From Spirochaetales bacterium (GTDB lineage Bacteria; Spirochaetota; Spirochaetia; JAFGDJ01): DNA of 64,000 nucleotides. The notes beneath the pieces are model-generated. The model was not told the origin of the DNA and did not search any database. It worked only from the letters and a program-made list of their open reading frames with translations. Shown in pieces: positions 46,947 to 56,830 of the stretch; the first letter of the stretch is position 1, and each line of letters starts with the position of its first letter. A program made the translations under genes and the position numbers. The stretch is from the NCBI GenBank assembly GCA_016932135.1, contig JAFGDJ010000178.1:3329-67328 (forward strand). The letters are read 5' to 3'.

Positions 46947-49598
46947 TTATTCGCCAAGTTCCTTGATATACCGTTGCAGCTTGTTATAACGTTCTTCAAA
47001 TTCGGCCAGTTTCTCTTTTTCTTTGGCCACCACATCCTCCGGAGCCCCAGCGAGGAACCCCTGATTGGAGAGCTTTTTCCCGGAGGTGTCGGCTAGTTTT
47101 CTCATCTTTTCCGCTTCCCTGGTCATGCGCAACCGTTCCGCTTCCAGGTCCAGGGCTTCCCGGATTCCCACATAGGCTTCCCAGCCGGTTCCGGGAACCG
47201 GCATATATCCCTTTTCCGTGGGACGGTTGTTCCTGATGTCTCCTTCCGAAAGCCCTGCCAGCTGACGTATCAGGGGAAGCTGTTCCCGGAGAAAGCCGTC
47301 CGCGGAGAAGTCATGACTCCAGACGAGAATCACCGGCACCTTCTTCTCCGGCGGCAGGGTAAACTCACTGCGCAGAGTCCTGATACCCCGAACGATATCC
47401 TGTAAGGTCTTAAAGGCGCTGTCAATGGCTTCATCTTCATACGAAGGTTGTCGGGAAGGATATTCCTGCACCATACAGCACACCTCCGGACCGTGCAGAA
47501 GAGAGTAGATCTCTTCGGTAATAAACGACAGGAAGGGGTGCAGCAGTTTACAGGATTCCGAAAGCAGGTGGGTCAGCATGGCCACGGCCCGATCCTTTTC
47601 CGACGGGTCTTGGGAATAGAGGCTCATCTTGGAAGCCTCGATATACCAGTCGCAGAAATCGTTCCAGAAGAAATCGTACACCGCGGTGGAGGCATCGTTG
47701 AAACGGTAGCTTTCCATCGCCTTTCTCACCTCTTCCGCCGCCCGGGATAGCCTTCCTAAAATCCAGGTGTCCAATTTTGTCTTCTCAATTTTTTCCAGGG
47801 GGATCGGCTTGCTGTCTCCACGATTCATCAGAATATACCGTGAAGCGTTCCATACCTTGTTGGCAAAGCGGGACCCTAGTTTAAAACTGTCCATATCGAT
47901 GAGGATATCCTGTCCCTGAGCCGACATGAAGGTCAGGGTGAATTTCATGGCATCCGCACCATAGCTATCAACTACCTCCAGGGGATCCATACCGTTCCCC
48001 AGGGATTTGGACATTTTCCGCCCCTGTTTGTCCCGAACCAACCCGGTGATATAGATATCATGAAAAGGGACCTGCCCCATGAATTCCAGGGAAGCCATGA
48101 TCATCCTGGCCACCCAGAAAAAGATAATGTCGTAGCCCGTCACCAACGTGGAGGTGGGGAAGAAACGTTTCAGATCTTCCGTTTTATCGGGCCACCCCAG
48201 GGTGGAAAAAGGCCACAGCCAGGAGGAAAACCAGGTGTCCAGTACGTCCTCGTCCTGCCTGATACGGCTGCTGCCGCAGGCTTCGCAGACCTCCGGGTCA
48301 TCCCGCCGGACGGTCATGGCGCCGCAGTCGTCGCAGTACCACACAGGAATACGATGCCCCCACCAGAGCTGTCGGGAAATGCACCAGTCCCGGATATTCT
48401 TCAGCCAATGGGTATAGGTGTTCTCCCATTTCCGGGGAAAGAACTCCACCTCGTCCCTTTCCCAGGCGGCCAAGGCCTTATCCGCCAAAGGTTTCATCCG
48501 AACGAACCATTGTTCCGACATATAGGGCTCTATCCGGGAATGGCAGCGGTAACAATGCCCGATCTGGTGAACATGTTTTTCTTCCCGGAGGTACCACCCT
48601 CCGGCTTTCATGTCTTCCACTACCCGCTTCCTGGCAGTGAGCACATCCAGGTTTTGATAGACCTCCGGAACCCGGTCGTTGAGGTTCCCTTCGGGAGTGA
48701 GGATATTGATCTTTTCCAGCCCGTGGCGTTCCGCCACAGCCCAGTCATTGGAATCGTGCCCCGGGGTTATTTTAACGGCGCCGGTGCCGAACTCCCGGTC
48801 CACGTAGCTGTCGGCAATAATCGGTATGATGCGCCCGGTCAGGGGCAGATGGACCTGCCGCCCCACCAGGGCTTTATACCTTTCATCCTCCGGATGAACC
48901 GCCACGGCGGTATCTCCCAAAAGGGTCTCCGGCCGGGTGGTGGCTATTTCGATACCGCCATCTCCGTCGGTAAAGGGATACCGGAAATGGTACAGGGCTC
49001 CCTGCACCTCTTCATGGTCCACCTCGTCATCCGACAGTGCTGTGCCGCAGGAAGGGCACCAGTTCACCAGGTAATTCCCCCGATAGATCAGCCCTCGTTC
49101 ATAGAGCCCTACAAACACCTCCCGCACCGCCCGGGAGCATCCTTCGTCCAGGGTAAAACGCTCCCGGTCCCAATCACAGGAGGCCCCGAGCTTCTGCAGC
49201 TGCCGGGTAATAACGGTGTGGTGTTCGTGCTTGACCTTCCAGGTTTCTTCGATAAAGGCTTCCCTGCCTAATTGTGTCCGGGAAAGCCCCCGGGCTTTCA
49301 ATCTCCGTTCCACCACGTTTTGCGTGGCGATACCGGCATGATCGGTACCGGGAAGCCAAAGGGTGGGTTTTTTCAACATCCTTTGAAAACGGATAATGGT
49401 GTCCTGCAAGATATTGTTCAGTCCGTGCCCCATGTGAAGCACCCCGGTAACGTTGGGCGGAGGAATAACGATAACAAAGGGCTGCTTCCCCTCTTCGCCA
49501 TCGGAAGGCTGAAAGTACCCCCCCCGGAGCCAGAATTGATAGATTCGGTCTTCAAAGTCCTTGGGGTTGTAGGTTTTTGGCATTGTATCCGATTTCAT
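46947..49598 (-). CDS. valS: valine--tRNA ligase
   Basis: HIGH (HMGH), KMSKS and a C-terminal coiled coil. The start is set at ATG 49598 with SD GGAGGATG; the track ORF begins at 49622. Confidence 0.9.
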   Translation of the reverse strand: MKSDTMPKTYNPKDFEDRIYQFWLRGGYFQPSDGEEGKQPFVIVIPPPNVTGVLHMGHGLNNILQDTIIRFQRMLKKPTLWLPGTDHAGIATQNVVERRLKARGLSRTQLGREAFIEETWKVKHEHHTVITRQLQKLGASCDWDRERFTLDEGCSRAVREVFVGLYERGLIYRGNYLVNWCPSCGTALSDDEVDHEEVQGALYHFRYPFTDGDGGIEIATTRPETLLGDTAVAVHPEDERYKALVGRQVHLPLTGRIIPIIADSYVDREFGTGAVKITPGHDSNDWAVAERHGLEKINILTPEGNLNDRVPEVYQNLDVLTARKRVVEDMKAGGWYLREEKHVHQIGHCYRCHSRIEPYMSEQWFVRMKPLADKALAAWERDEVEFFPRKWENTYTHWLKNIRDWCISRQLWWGHRIPVWYCDDCGAMTVRRDDPEVCEACGSSRIRQDEDVLDTWFSSWLWPFSTLGWPDKTEDLKRFFPTSTLVTGYDIIFFWVARMIMASLEFMGQVPFHDIYITGLVRDKQGRKMSKSLGNGMDPLEVVDSYGADAMKFTLTFMSAQGQDILIDMDSFKLGSRFANKVWNASRYILMNRGDSKPIPLEKIEKTKLDTWILGRLSRAAEEVRKAMESYRFNDASTAVYDFFWNDFCDWYIEASKMSLYSQDPSEKDRAVAMLTHLLSESCKLLHPFLSFITEEIYSLLHGPEVCCMVQEYPSRQPSYEDEAIDSAFKTLQDIVRGIRTLRSEFTLPPEKKVPVILVWSHDFSADGFLREQLPLIRQLAGLSEGDIRNNRPTEKGYMPVPGTGWEAYVGIREALDLEAERLRMTREAEKMRKLADTSGKKLSNQGFLAGAPEDVVAKEKEKLAEFEERYNKLQRYIKELGE

Positions 49599-49794
49599 CT
49601 GAACATCCTCCAGGTGCCGCATTAAGATGGCATAGTATCAAAATCAACAGGAATCTTCAAGAAAGGCTTCACCGCTTTAAGAATTCCCGGCAGGATTCTT
49701 TCTTCCGATGCGCAGGGTGGACAGCGAACTTTGGGGCGGCTGGTTTGGCCGGCGTATTCCAATGGAAACAGTGAAAAAAGAGACGGGACCTCTT

Positions 49795-51030
49795 CTAACG
49801 GCCGCTCATTGAACTCATACGGCGGGATTTCTCAATTCGTTCCATTTTGCGGTAGTATTTTGCCTGCTTCTCGATCTCTTCCAGGCTGGTAACATGGATC
49901 CGGTTATCGATAATCTTCAGCTTCTTGTTTTCGAAAAGTTTTCTGATAACTGCGTTCCCCTCGTCCTTGGGCAGCCCGACAAGATTGATGAGCTCTTTTG
50001 GACCGAAATCAAAGGTAAAGGTATCCTGAGTAATCGGCAGGCGTATCTTTTCCAACTGGATAAGAAGAGCGTCATACATTCTGCCTAAGGGGTCGCTTAA
50101 CTGGGTGTTGGAAAGTTGTTTATACAGCAGCCAGATTCGTTCCGACAGAAGCTGGGTTAGCCGGGTGATAATCTGGGGCTGGCTCATGACCATTCTTTTG
50201 AAATTGGCCTTGTTCACCGCCATAAGAACCGTGTCTTCATGGGCAATAGCCGATGCGCTCCGAGGCTTATCCTCCAACAGGGACATTTCGCCGAAAATAT
50301 CCCCGGCCTTCAGCAAAGCCAGGAGCTGTTCGTTGTCGTTGACAATTTTCGTTATTTTCACGCTGCCTTTCTGCAGAATATACAGTTCCTGTCCCGGCTG
50401 TCCTTCACAGATGATCATGGTGTCTTTCGGATACTGACGGGTAAATTCCACATTGCTGGTATCGAGATACACGGCCTTGGAATAAGGCTTGATCTTCGCC
50501 ATCCTCTCCTTGGCCATTTCGATATTCGGTCCGTTGGGGCAATTGACGATATACTGGTAATAGGCGAAATAGGCCTGGTTGTACTGATTCTGCCGGGCGT
50601 AGTATTCGGCTACCTTGAAAAGATGCTCCAGGTCACTGCCGGTGGAAGAACTTTTCAGGTTGATGCTGGTTAAAGCCTCGTCCAGGTAGCGCATCTTCCG
50701 GGAAAACTGCTGAATAATTTTCATAGCCACCGGCGCATTCCGCTCGATGAGGAGACCGAATTGATCCCGATGCACCGAAATGAGGGACACGTCTTCCAGG
50801 GCTTGAGCCGTTTCAATACGACTGTGGGAGGACATGGTGGACACAACACCGAAAAAATCCCCGGGAAGGAGAACATTGCCGCCCTCTTCCTCGACGATTT
50901 CCATTTCTTTACTTACCCGCACCTTTCCGCTGCGGATGATGTAAAAGTGGTCGGCCTGCTGTTTACCCTCGACAATTATGTAAGATCCCTTTCTAAAATT
51001 CACGAGGGAGAGTTGCAAAGGATTATTCAT
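49795..51030 (-). CDS. Crp/Fnr-like regulator with two tandem cyclic-nucleotide-binding domains and a C-terminal wHTH-like region
   Basis: Two CAP_ED-like domains (FFGVVSTMS...RIETAQA and IFGEMSLLEDKPRSASAIA), and a C-terminus KELINLVGLPKDEGNAVIRKLFENKKLKII that resembles a Crp HTH. Confidence 0.6.
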   Translation of the reverse strand: MNNPLQLSLVNFRKGSYIIVEGKQQADHFYIIRSGKVRVSKEMEIVEEEGGNVLLPGDFFGVVSTMSSHSRIETAQALEDVSLISVHRDQFGLLIERNAPVAMKIIQQFSRKMRYLDEALTSINLKSSSTGSDLEHLFKVAEYYARQNQYNQAYFAYYQYIVNCPNGPNIEMAKERMAKIKPYSKAVYLDTSNVEFTRQYPKDTMIICEGQPGQELYILQKGSVKITKIVNDNEQLLALLKAGDIFGEMSLLEDKPRSASAIAHEDTVLMAVNKANFKRMVMSQPQIITRLTQLLSERIWLLYKQLSNTQLSDPLGRMYDALLIQLEKIRLPITQDTFTFDFGPKELINLVGLPKDEGNAVIRKLFENKKLKIIDNRIHVTSLEEIEKQAKYYRKMERIEKSRRMSSMSGR

Positions 51031-51042
51031 AACACCCCTGGC

Positions 51043-51079
51043 ATTGATCCATCTTTGACAGTATATGGGTCCGGGAACC
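51043..51079 (-). promoter_or_regulatory. putative sigma70-type promoter of the cNMP regulator gene, embedded in an inverted repeat
   Basis: The minus strand reads TTGACA, an 18-nt spacer, then TATACT, placed to start transcription about 13 nt upstream of ATG 51030. The plus strand shows TTTGACA (51044-51050) and TTTGTCAA (51072-51079) as an inverted repeat. Confidence 0.4.
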
Positions 51080-51184
51080 CCTTTGTCAACGATGTTATTG
51101 AAGAAACCTCAGTCGGTTTATCCTCTTTCCAGATTGTCGGCCTGTTCACCGGGAAAGTTGAAAGCTCTTTCCCTGCTTAAAGAC

Positions 51185-52867
51185 TTACCACCATTCAATA
51201 ATACTTATATCCCGATAGAAGGCATCATACGATCGGATACCCATATACTCTTCGTGAATCGTCTGCAGGCTGTACATTCGCTCCCGATATGTGTGGTTGT
51301 TGTTCACCCCCGCCGGTTTGATCTCCGAGATTCCCCGGGAAAAGGAAATATGCCGGTTGTCCAGGTTCCCGAAATAATAGGTGGCGGGATCGATCACGGC
51401 GGGATCGGGAAAATTACCGTATTGAACCCCGTCTCCTAACACCGGATCTACCGGAACCCACCCGAAGTTCTCCAGAAAGAATTCGGACCAGTAATGTTTC
51501 ACCGCCATCTTATCCCCATAAACCAGGTAACCGGAGATCAGCCGGGCCGGAATACCCTGGCTCCTCAGAAGAGCGGTAAACAGGACGGAAATGCTATAGG
51601 CATCCCCTTCCCCCTCCTGAAAACTCGTCAAGGGGTCCCTGCTTACCGGGGTTCTGGAGAAATCCATGGTCTCCAGGAGATGATTGTAGAGTTTCCTCGC
51701 CTTCAGATAGGGGTTCCGCTCCCGCCCCACGGCCTCCGCGGCATCTTGCCGGAGAACCGCATTATCGGAAGGAATCAAACGATCGGGAGCCGTATAGGTC
51801 TTAAAGAGCAGCCTTTCGGTATTGTATCGTTCGGTAACCTTGGGGACGTTGATCGTTGTTTCCAGGGTATAACGTTCAAACCAGGCAGTAGCCCGGATAT
51901 CTACATCTTCTCCCGTTTGAAGATTTTCGAAACGGTACCGCTGAAAATTTCCCACATCCTTCCAGAGAGGTTCGGGCTCGTGCAGAACCTCTACGTTTCG
52001 CTGGCGCAAGCCCCGGTAAATATCGGGAAACCAAACATCCAGGCTGTTTTTTTCCTCAGCCTCCACGTTACGAATCTCGACACTGTAGGATATCTGGTAT
52101 CCCCGGCTATCGGCAAAGAGTTTTGTTCCGGGCATTCCCGTTACTTCGAAGTAGACGGTATTGCTGAGCCCCCGGTCGGTCTTCACCCTGAGGTTTCCCG
52201 ATTCCGACCCGTCGGGCACATACACCTGGATTTCCTGATCGGTCCAACTTTCACAGTCGAAATCTTCATCCAGATCGGCGATGGAATAAGAAAGAACGTC
52301 GGTTCCGTCCTGCCGGGATTCGTCGCTGGTGCCGGTAGCGGTGAAATAAACCCTGCCGGCTCCCCTCTCGAAGCCGAAATTCAGTCCGCTGATGGTCACC
52401 AACGTGCCAACCGTTCCCACCTTCGGATCGATGGAAGAAATATAAGGATACCCCGGTTTCAAAGGGCCGGAAAGGACCACAGGGATATGCTGTCGGTTTG
52501 TAAAAAGAACTCCGTTGCTTTGCCCCACCCGGGTAGTGACGAACACCTGTCCTGAACCGACATTATCGGGTACCCGGATACTGATTCGTTCATCCGACCA
52601 CTCCCGGTAGGAACTGCTGGTGAGCCGGGCTCCCGCCACGGTAACCTCGCCTCCCTGCCGGGTCTCCCCGAAATTCTTGCCGCTGATAACCATCACCGAG
52701 CCGGGATTCCCTACAGCAGGTGCGATACCCTCAATGACCGGCGGTCGGGCGGTAAACTGAGAACTGAAGAGAAACACTCCGATAAGGACCAGAAAGGAAA
52801 GCACGGGTAAAAACACTCGATGTTTTACCACCCGTTTGAGGCCGGATACGACTGTACTGTCTTTCAT
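51185..52867 (-). CDS. secreted IPT/TIG-repeat protein with C-terminal transglutaminase-like domain lacking the catalytic Cys
   Basis: Signal/TM, two IPT/TIG-like repeats (PVIEGIAPAVGNPGSVMVISGKNFG and PYISSIDPKVGTVGTLVTISGLNFG), and a transglutaminase-like core (GEGDAYSISVLFTALLRSQGIPAR ... HYWSEFFLENFGWVPVDP) with no Cys at the nucleophile position. Confidence 0.55.
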   Translation of the reverse strand: MKDSTVVSGLKRVVKHRVFLPVLSFLVLIGVFLFSSQFTARPPVIEGIAPAVGNPGSVMVISGKNFGETRQGGEVTVAGARLTSSSYREWSDERISIRVPDNVGSGQVFVTTRVGQSNGVLFTNRQHIPVVLSGPLKPGYPYISSIDPKVGTVGTLVTISGLNFGFERGAGRVYFTATGTSDESRQDGTDVLSYSIADLDEDFDCESWTDQEIQVYVPDGSESGNLRVKTDRGLSNTVYFEVTGMPGTKLFADSRGYQISYSVEIRNVEAEEKNSLDVWFPDIYRGLRQRNVEVLHEPEPLWKDVGNFQRYRFENLQTGEDVDIRATAWFERYTLETTINVPKVTERYNTERLLFKTYTAPDRLIPSDNAVLRQDAAEAVGRERNPYLKARKLYNHLLETMDFSRTPVSRDPLTSFQEGEGDAYSISVLFTALLRSQGIPARLISGYLVYGDKMAVKHYWSEFFLENFGWVPVDPVLGDGVQYGNFPDPAVIDPATYYFGNLDNRHISFSRGISEIKPAGVNNNHTYRERMYSLQTIHEEYMGIRSYDAFYRDISIIEWW

Positions 52868-53349
52868 GATCTGGGGGAGGTCTCCTCGTAAGAATGGGTT
52901 GCTTCATCCACCTGGATTTCCAGTTGTATGGTGTAAATGTTTTCTTCCGAGTCAAAAGCCACCCCCAGGGGAAAGAAGAAAGCCTTCTCTCCCAGGGAGA
53001 CCGGGAGGCTTTTCAGGGTTGTTTTATACTGGTATTCCTCTCCGTCCTGAACCAAGAGAACATCACCCCGGGCAATAAGGAGAATAGATCCGTCGTCCAG
53101 GATATAAGGGGTGATCTCCGCGAGAATTTTTACGGATTCACCGTTCAGCTTCACCGTTACGGTCTCTCCGGAAATGGTCACCTCATTGCTTTCAACATGC
53201 CATACTACCGATTCTTCGTCTTCCAGGACCCGGGTGATAACGGTGAGTTCAAGACTTTTATCTCTGAAATCATCAAGAGGAGTATCGGCCTGCAGGGGAA
53301 AGGCAAGAAACGTTAATAACAGCATCGGAGGTAATAAACGGGAAATCAC
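52864..53349 (-). CDS. small secreted protein of unknown function
   Basis: Signal peptide; 161 aa; overlaps both neighbours, consistent with one operon. Confidence 0.4.
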   Translation of the reverse strand: MISRLLPPMLLLTFLAFPLQADTPLDDFRDKSLELTVITRVLEDEESVVWHVESNEVTISGETVTVKLNGESVKILAEITPYILDDGSILLIARGDVLLVQDGEEYQYKTTLKSLPVSLGEKAFFFPLGVAFDSEENIYTIQLEIQVDEATHSYEETSPRS

Positions 53350-53351
53350 CT

Positions 53352-53888
53352 TCAGAGCCTCTGTTTCAGTTCCGCTTCCCGAATGAGAACCGGTTCACCC
53401 AGGGTGTAGAAATCCGAGCGTTCGGGGAGCTGAATGTAGATATCAATATTGGCGTTATGGGATTCAAAAACCTTCAGAGCTTCTTCCAGGGTTCGGATAT
53501 TCCGCTCTTCCACAGGAATAACCAGGTCTTCCGCCAGATAAGAGGGTTGTTTTTCGCCCCCCCGATCGAAGAAGAGAAACATCCCCAGGAGGAAGGCCAG
53601 AGCACAGGCCGCGGCAAACACGGGCAGAGACACTCCCCGCCGGAAGGATTTAATAAACCGCGGTTGTAATACTTCCCACCGGACTTCGGCGGTATGGCAA
53701 ACCTCCCGGCTTAAAGGTTCGTCTATCCTTACTTCGGCTTCTTGAAGTCGCCGTCGCAGGGTTAAAAAATCATCAAGCCGGCGAGCGCAGGCTTCGCATT
53801 GGGTGATATGTTCCTCCACCCGTTTTTTCCAATGCAGGGGTAACTCATTATCGATATAGGCGGACAGGAGTTCTTCCTCAGGGCACAT
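53352..53888 (-). CDS. anti-sigma factor (zf-HC2 type, single-pass membrane)
   Basis: N-terminal HxxxCxxC zinc finger (HITQCEAC), a central TM segment, and a position immediately downstream of the ECF sigma gene. Confidence 0.65.
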   Translation of the reverse strand: MCPEEELLSAYIDNELPLHWKKRVEEHITQCEACARRLDDFLTLRRRLQEAEVRIDEPLSREVCHTAEVRWEVLQPRFIKSFRRGVSLPVFAAACALAFLLGMFLFFDRGGEKQPSYLAEDLVIPVEERNIRTLEEALKVFESHNANIDIYIQLPERSDFYTLGEPVLIREAELKQRL

Positions 53889-54405
53889 AGGGTTCCTCCT
53901 TATCGAGGAGTTCCTTCAGTTCTTTTCGGGCTCGGTACACCCTTACCTTTACGTTGCCTTCAGAAATTCTTAAAATCTTTCCGATTTCGGAATACTGAAG
54001 TCCGGCATATTCTTTCAGAATAAGAACTGTTCCCAAGGACGGAGCAAGGGCTCTGAGAGCTGCCCTGACCTGCCGGAAAGCCTCATTCTTCAGAACCATC
54101 GTTTCCCCCGACAGGGGCACGGTTTTATCATTTTTTGCATACCGCTCGACCGCTTTCTTTTCCCTTCCACGCCGTTTTACAAAATTCAGACAAAGGTTCT
54201 TAACCACCCGTAAGAGCCAGTATTTCACCTGATCGGCATCTTCCAGGGGAACCAGCCTCTTGTGATATCGCAGAAAGGCCTCCTGGCATAATTCCTCGGA
54301 AACATCCATATCACCGGTTATATGGTAAGCCACCTTCATCAGCACGGGAAATAATTTTTTATACAGGGCGGCAAAAGTTTCCGGACCTTCTTCTTTCTTC
54401 ATCAT
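53878..54405 (-). CDS. ECF-type RNA polymerase sigma factor
   Basis: Sigma70 region 2 (YWLLRVVKNLCLNFVKRR) and region 4 (LILKEYAGLQYSEIGKILRISEGNVKVRVYRARKEL). Confidence 0.8.
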   Translation of the reverse strand: MMKKEEGPETFAALYKKLFPVLMKVAYHITGDMDVSEELCQEAFLRYHKRLVPLEDADQVKYWLLRVVKNLCLNFVKRRGREKKAVERYAKNDKTVPLSGETMVLKNEAFRQVRAALRALAPSLGTVLILKEYAGLQYSEIGKILRISEGNVKVRVYRARKELKELLDKEEPYVP

Positions 54406-54429
54406 GTAAACAACTCAAACCGCCGGGGG

Positions 54430-55842
54430 TTACACCTTTCTTTTCCATCGGGTACCGGCCGGGGTGTCTTCCAGGACAATTCCCAGCTGATCCAACTGAT
54501 CTCTTAGTCGGTCCGCTTCAGTAAAATCCCTGTTCTTTCTGGCTTCCTCCCTGCGTTTTATCAGGTCAAGGATATCCTCCGAAACTTCGCCGGTCTCTTT
54601 TCCCGTCTCCGCCAGCTTAAGACCGAAGATCTTATCCATATCTAATAAAAGGGTCAGTTTATCCCCTTCGGGAAGTTCCGGATCCTTGAGGAGAGACCAA
54701 AGATCGGCCAGAGAACGGGTTACCCCCAGATCTTCAGCCAGATGTTCCCGAAAGGCTTGAAGATACGCGCTTCCTTTCTCTGAAAGATCCTTCTCATCTA
54801 CCGGTTCCGCAGCTTCACGAAGGCGCTGGACCCGTTCAACCAGGTTATTCCTGGCGATCCGGGCCCCCTCCAGGGCTTCCCGGGAGAACACCAGTTCCCG
54901 GCGGTAATGGGCTCCAAGGCAAAAATATCGATAGTCCAGCGGAGAGAAGCCTTCATCCGTCAGGGAATCCAGGGTAATAAAATTATGTGCCGATTTTGCC
55001 ATCTTCTCGGTGTTCATCAGGAGGAATTCCCCATGAAGCCAGTACCGAACCCAGGGCTTTTTTCCGGTAGCGGCTTCGGATTGGGCTATCTCATTGGTGT
55101 GGTGCACCGGAATATGGTCCACCCCGCCGCAGTGGATATCGAACTGCTCCCCCAGGTACTTCATGCTCATGGCGGAACACTCCACGTGCCAGCCCGGATA
55201 CCCCCGTCCCCAGGGGGAATCCCACATCATGGCCTGGTGGGTGAACTTGGAATTGGTAAACCAGAGGACAAAGTCATGGGGATTCCGTTTCATCCCGTCC
55301 ACGTCAATCCTTGCCCCGGCCCTGAGTCCTTCCCGGTCCAACAGAGCCAGTTTCCCGTAATCGTTGCAGGCGTCGATGCTGAAATAGAGGTTTCCGCCGG
55401 AGGAATAGGTAAAGCCGTTCTCTTCGATACGACGGATCAGGTCTATCATTTCCTGAATATGATCCGTGGCGGCACAGGCCGTATGGGGCCGCAGGATATT
55501 GAGGCGGTCGGTATCCTTAAAAAAGGCCTCCGTATAGAACTTGGCGATATCCCAAACCGATCGGCCTTCCTCCCGGGAAGACTTCACCATCTTATCTTCC
55601 CCTTCATCGGCATCGTCGGTCAGGTGCCCCACGTCGGTGACGTTCATGATATGCCGAACCGAGTACCCTGCGTATTCCAGGGTACGGCGGAGGAGATCCT
55701 CAAAAATATAGGTCCGCAAGTTTCCGATGTGGGCAAAATTGTACACCGTGGGTCCGCAGGTGTATAACCCCACCTCGGGGGGAACAAGGGGGATAAAATC
55801 CTGAATCTGTCGACCCAGGGTGTTATAAAACTTCAGTTTCAC
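54430..55842 (-). CDS. cysS: cysteine--tRNA ligase
   Basis: HIGH (HIGN) and KMSKS motifs, Zn-binding cysteines; 470 aa. GTG start. Confidence 0.9.
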   Translation of the reverse strand: MKLKFYNTLGRQIQDFIPLVPPEVGLYTCGPTVYNFAHIGNLRTYIFEDLLRRTLEYAGYSVRHIMNVTDVGHLTDDADEGEDKMVKSSREEGRSVWDIAKFYTEAFFKDTDRLNILRPHTACAATDHIQEMIDLIRRIEENGFTYSSGGNLYFSIDACNDYGKLALLDREGLRAGARIDVDGMKRNPHDFVLWFTNSKFTHQAMMWDSPWGRGYPGWHVECSAMSMKYLGEQFDIHCGGVDHIPVHHTNEIAQSEAATGKKPWVRYWLHGEFLLMNTEKMAKSAHNFITLDSLTDEGFSPLDYRYFCLGAHYRRELVFSREALEGARIARNNLVERVQRLREAAEPVDEKDLSEKGSAYLQAFREHLAEDLGVTRSLADLWSLLKDPELPEGDKLTLLLDMDKIFGLKLAETGKETGEVSEDILDLIKRREEARKNRDFTEADRLRDQLDQLGIVLEDTPAGTRWKRKV

Positions 55843-55909
55843 GAAACACTCCAGAATTCCTGTGACGGATGTATGGAAATAAAGACTCCAGATACTATAC
55901 TATGTACAG

Positions 55910-56830
55910 ATGACTACTGTAAGGCAACTGATTGAAAAAATCAATATAAACGGAGCAATCCGCTTCAACGAACCCATGAGTCTCCACACATCCTACCGGA
56001 TCGGCGGTCCGGCGGACATTTACGTTGAACCCCTGGACCTGGAAGAATTCACCCGGGTTTTTCTGTTAATCAAGGAAACGGCGAGCCCTTTCTTTCTTTT
56101 AGGCGGGGGGTCGAACATCCTGGTGTCGGACCGGGGGATTCGGGGGCTCGTGATCAATACAGCCAATCTACGACATATGGTTATTCAAGAGGACACCTGC
56201 TCCGTGGGAGCGGGAATGGCCGTCAGCGATCTGGCGGAGTATCTGGGCCTTTCAGGTTTCGGAGGATTGGAAACCTTCTACGCCATGCCGGGGAGCCTGG
56301 GCGGAGCTGTCTGGATGAACGCCCGATGCTACGACGTTTCCATCTCGGAGGTCTTACAGGAAGTTACCCTTCTGACACCCTCGGGGGAACTTCAGACATA
56401 TCGGGTCCGCCCCGAAGACTTCGATTACAAAGTTTCCCCCTTCCAGGCCGATCATCGTATCATAGTGGAAACAACCTTCCGTCTTCGACGGGATGACCCG
56501 GCAGCACTTACCCGCCGGATGGCGGACATCCGCGCCGATCGGAAAAAGAAAGGCCATTTCGCTTATCCTTCCGCCGGATCGGTGTTTAAGAACAACCGTA
56601 GTTTTGGTAAGCCCAGCGGAGCTATCATCGATTCCCTGGGGCTTCGAGGATACGGGGTGGGGAAAGCCCGGGTATCTCCCCTTCACGCTAATTTCATCAT
56701 CAACGAGGGTGGTGCCCTGGCGGAAGACGTGAGAGCGGTTATCCGGCACGTACAGGAAAGCGTCCTGGAAGCCTACGGCTACACCCTGGAACCGGAGGTT
56801 CTGCTGGTGGGGGAATGGGAGGTATCATGA
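55910..56830 (+). CDS. murB: UDP-N-acetylenolpyruvoylglucosamine reductase
   Basis: FAD-binding PCMH domain (YRIGGPADIYVEP, GGGSNIL) and a MurB C-terminus. Confidence 0.85.
   Translation: MTTVRQLIEKININGAIRFNEPMSLHTSYRIGGPADIYVEPLDLEEFTRVFLLIKETASPFFLLGGGSNILVSDRGIRGLVINTANLRHMVIQEDTCSVGAGMAVSDLAEYLGLSGFGGLETFYAMPGSLGGAVWMNARCYDVSISEVLQEVTLLTPSGELQTYRVRPEDFDYKVSPFQADHRIIVETTFRLRRDDPAALTRRMADIRADRKKKGHFAYPSAGSVFKNNRSFGKPSGAIIDSLGLRGYGVGKARVSPLHANFIINEGGALAEDVRAVIRHVQESVLEAYGYTLEPEVLLVGEWEVS

Noticed and set aside
49623-49794. 172-nt GC-rich gap upstream of valS, considered as a T-box leader, SRP RNA or other ncRNA.
   Set aside because: It is too short for a T-box, and no SRP domain-IV motif or tRNA-like structure was seen. 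A weak AGAG/CTCT hairpin plus T-run near 49762-49785 may simply terminate the cNMP gene. Treated as an ordinary promoter/terminator region.
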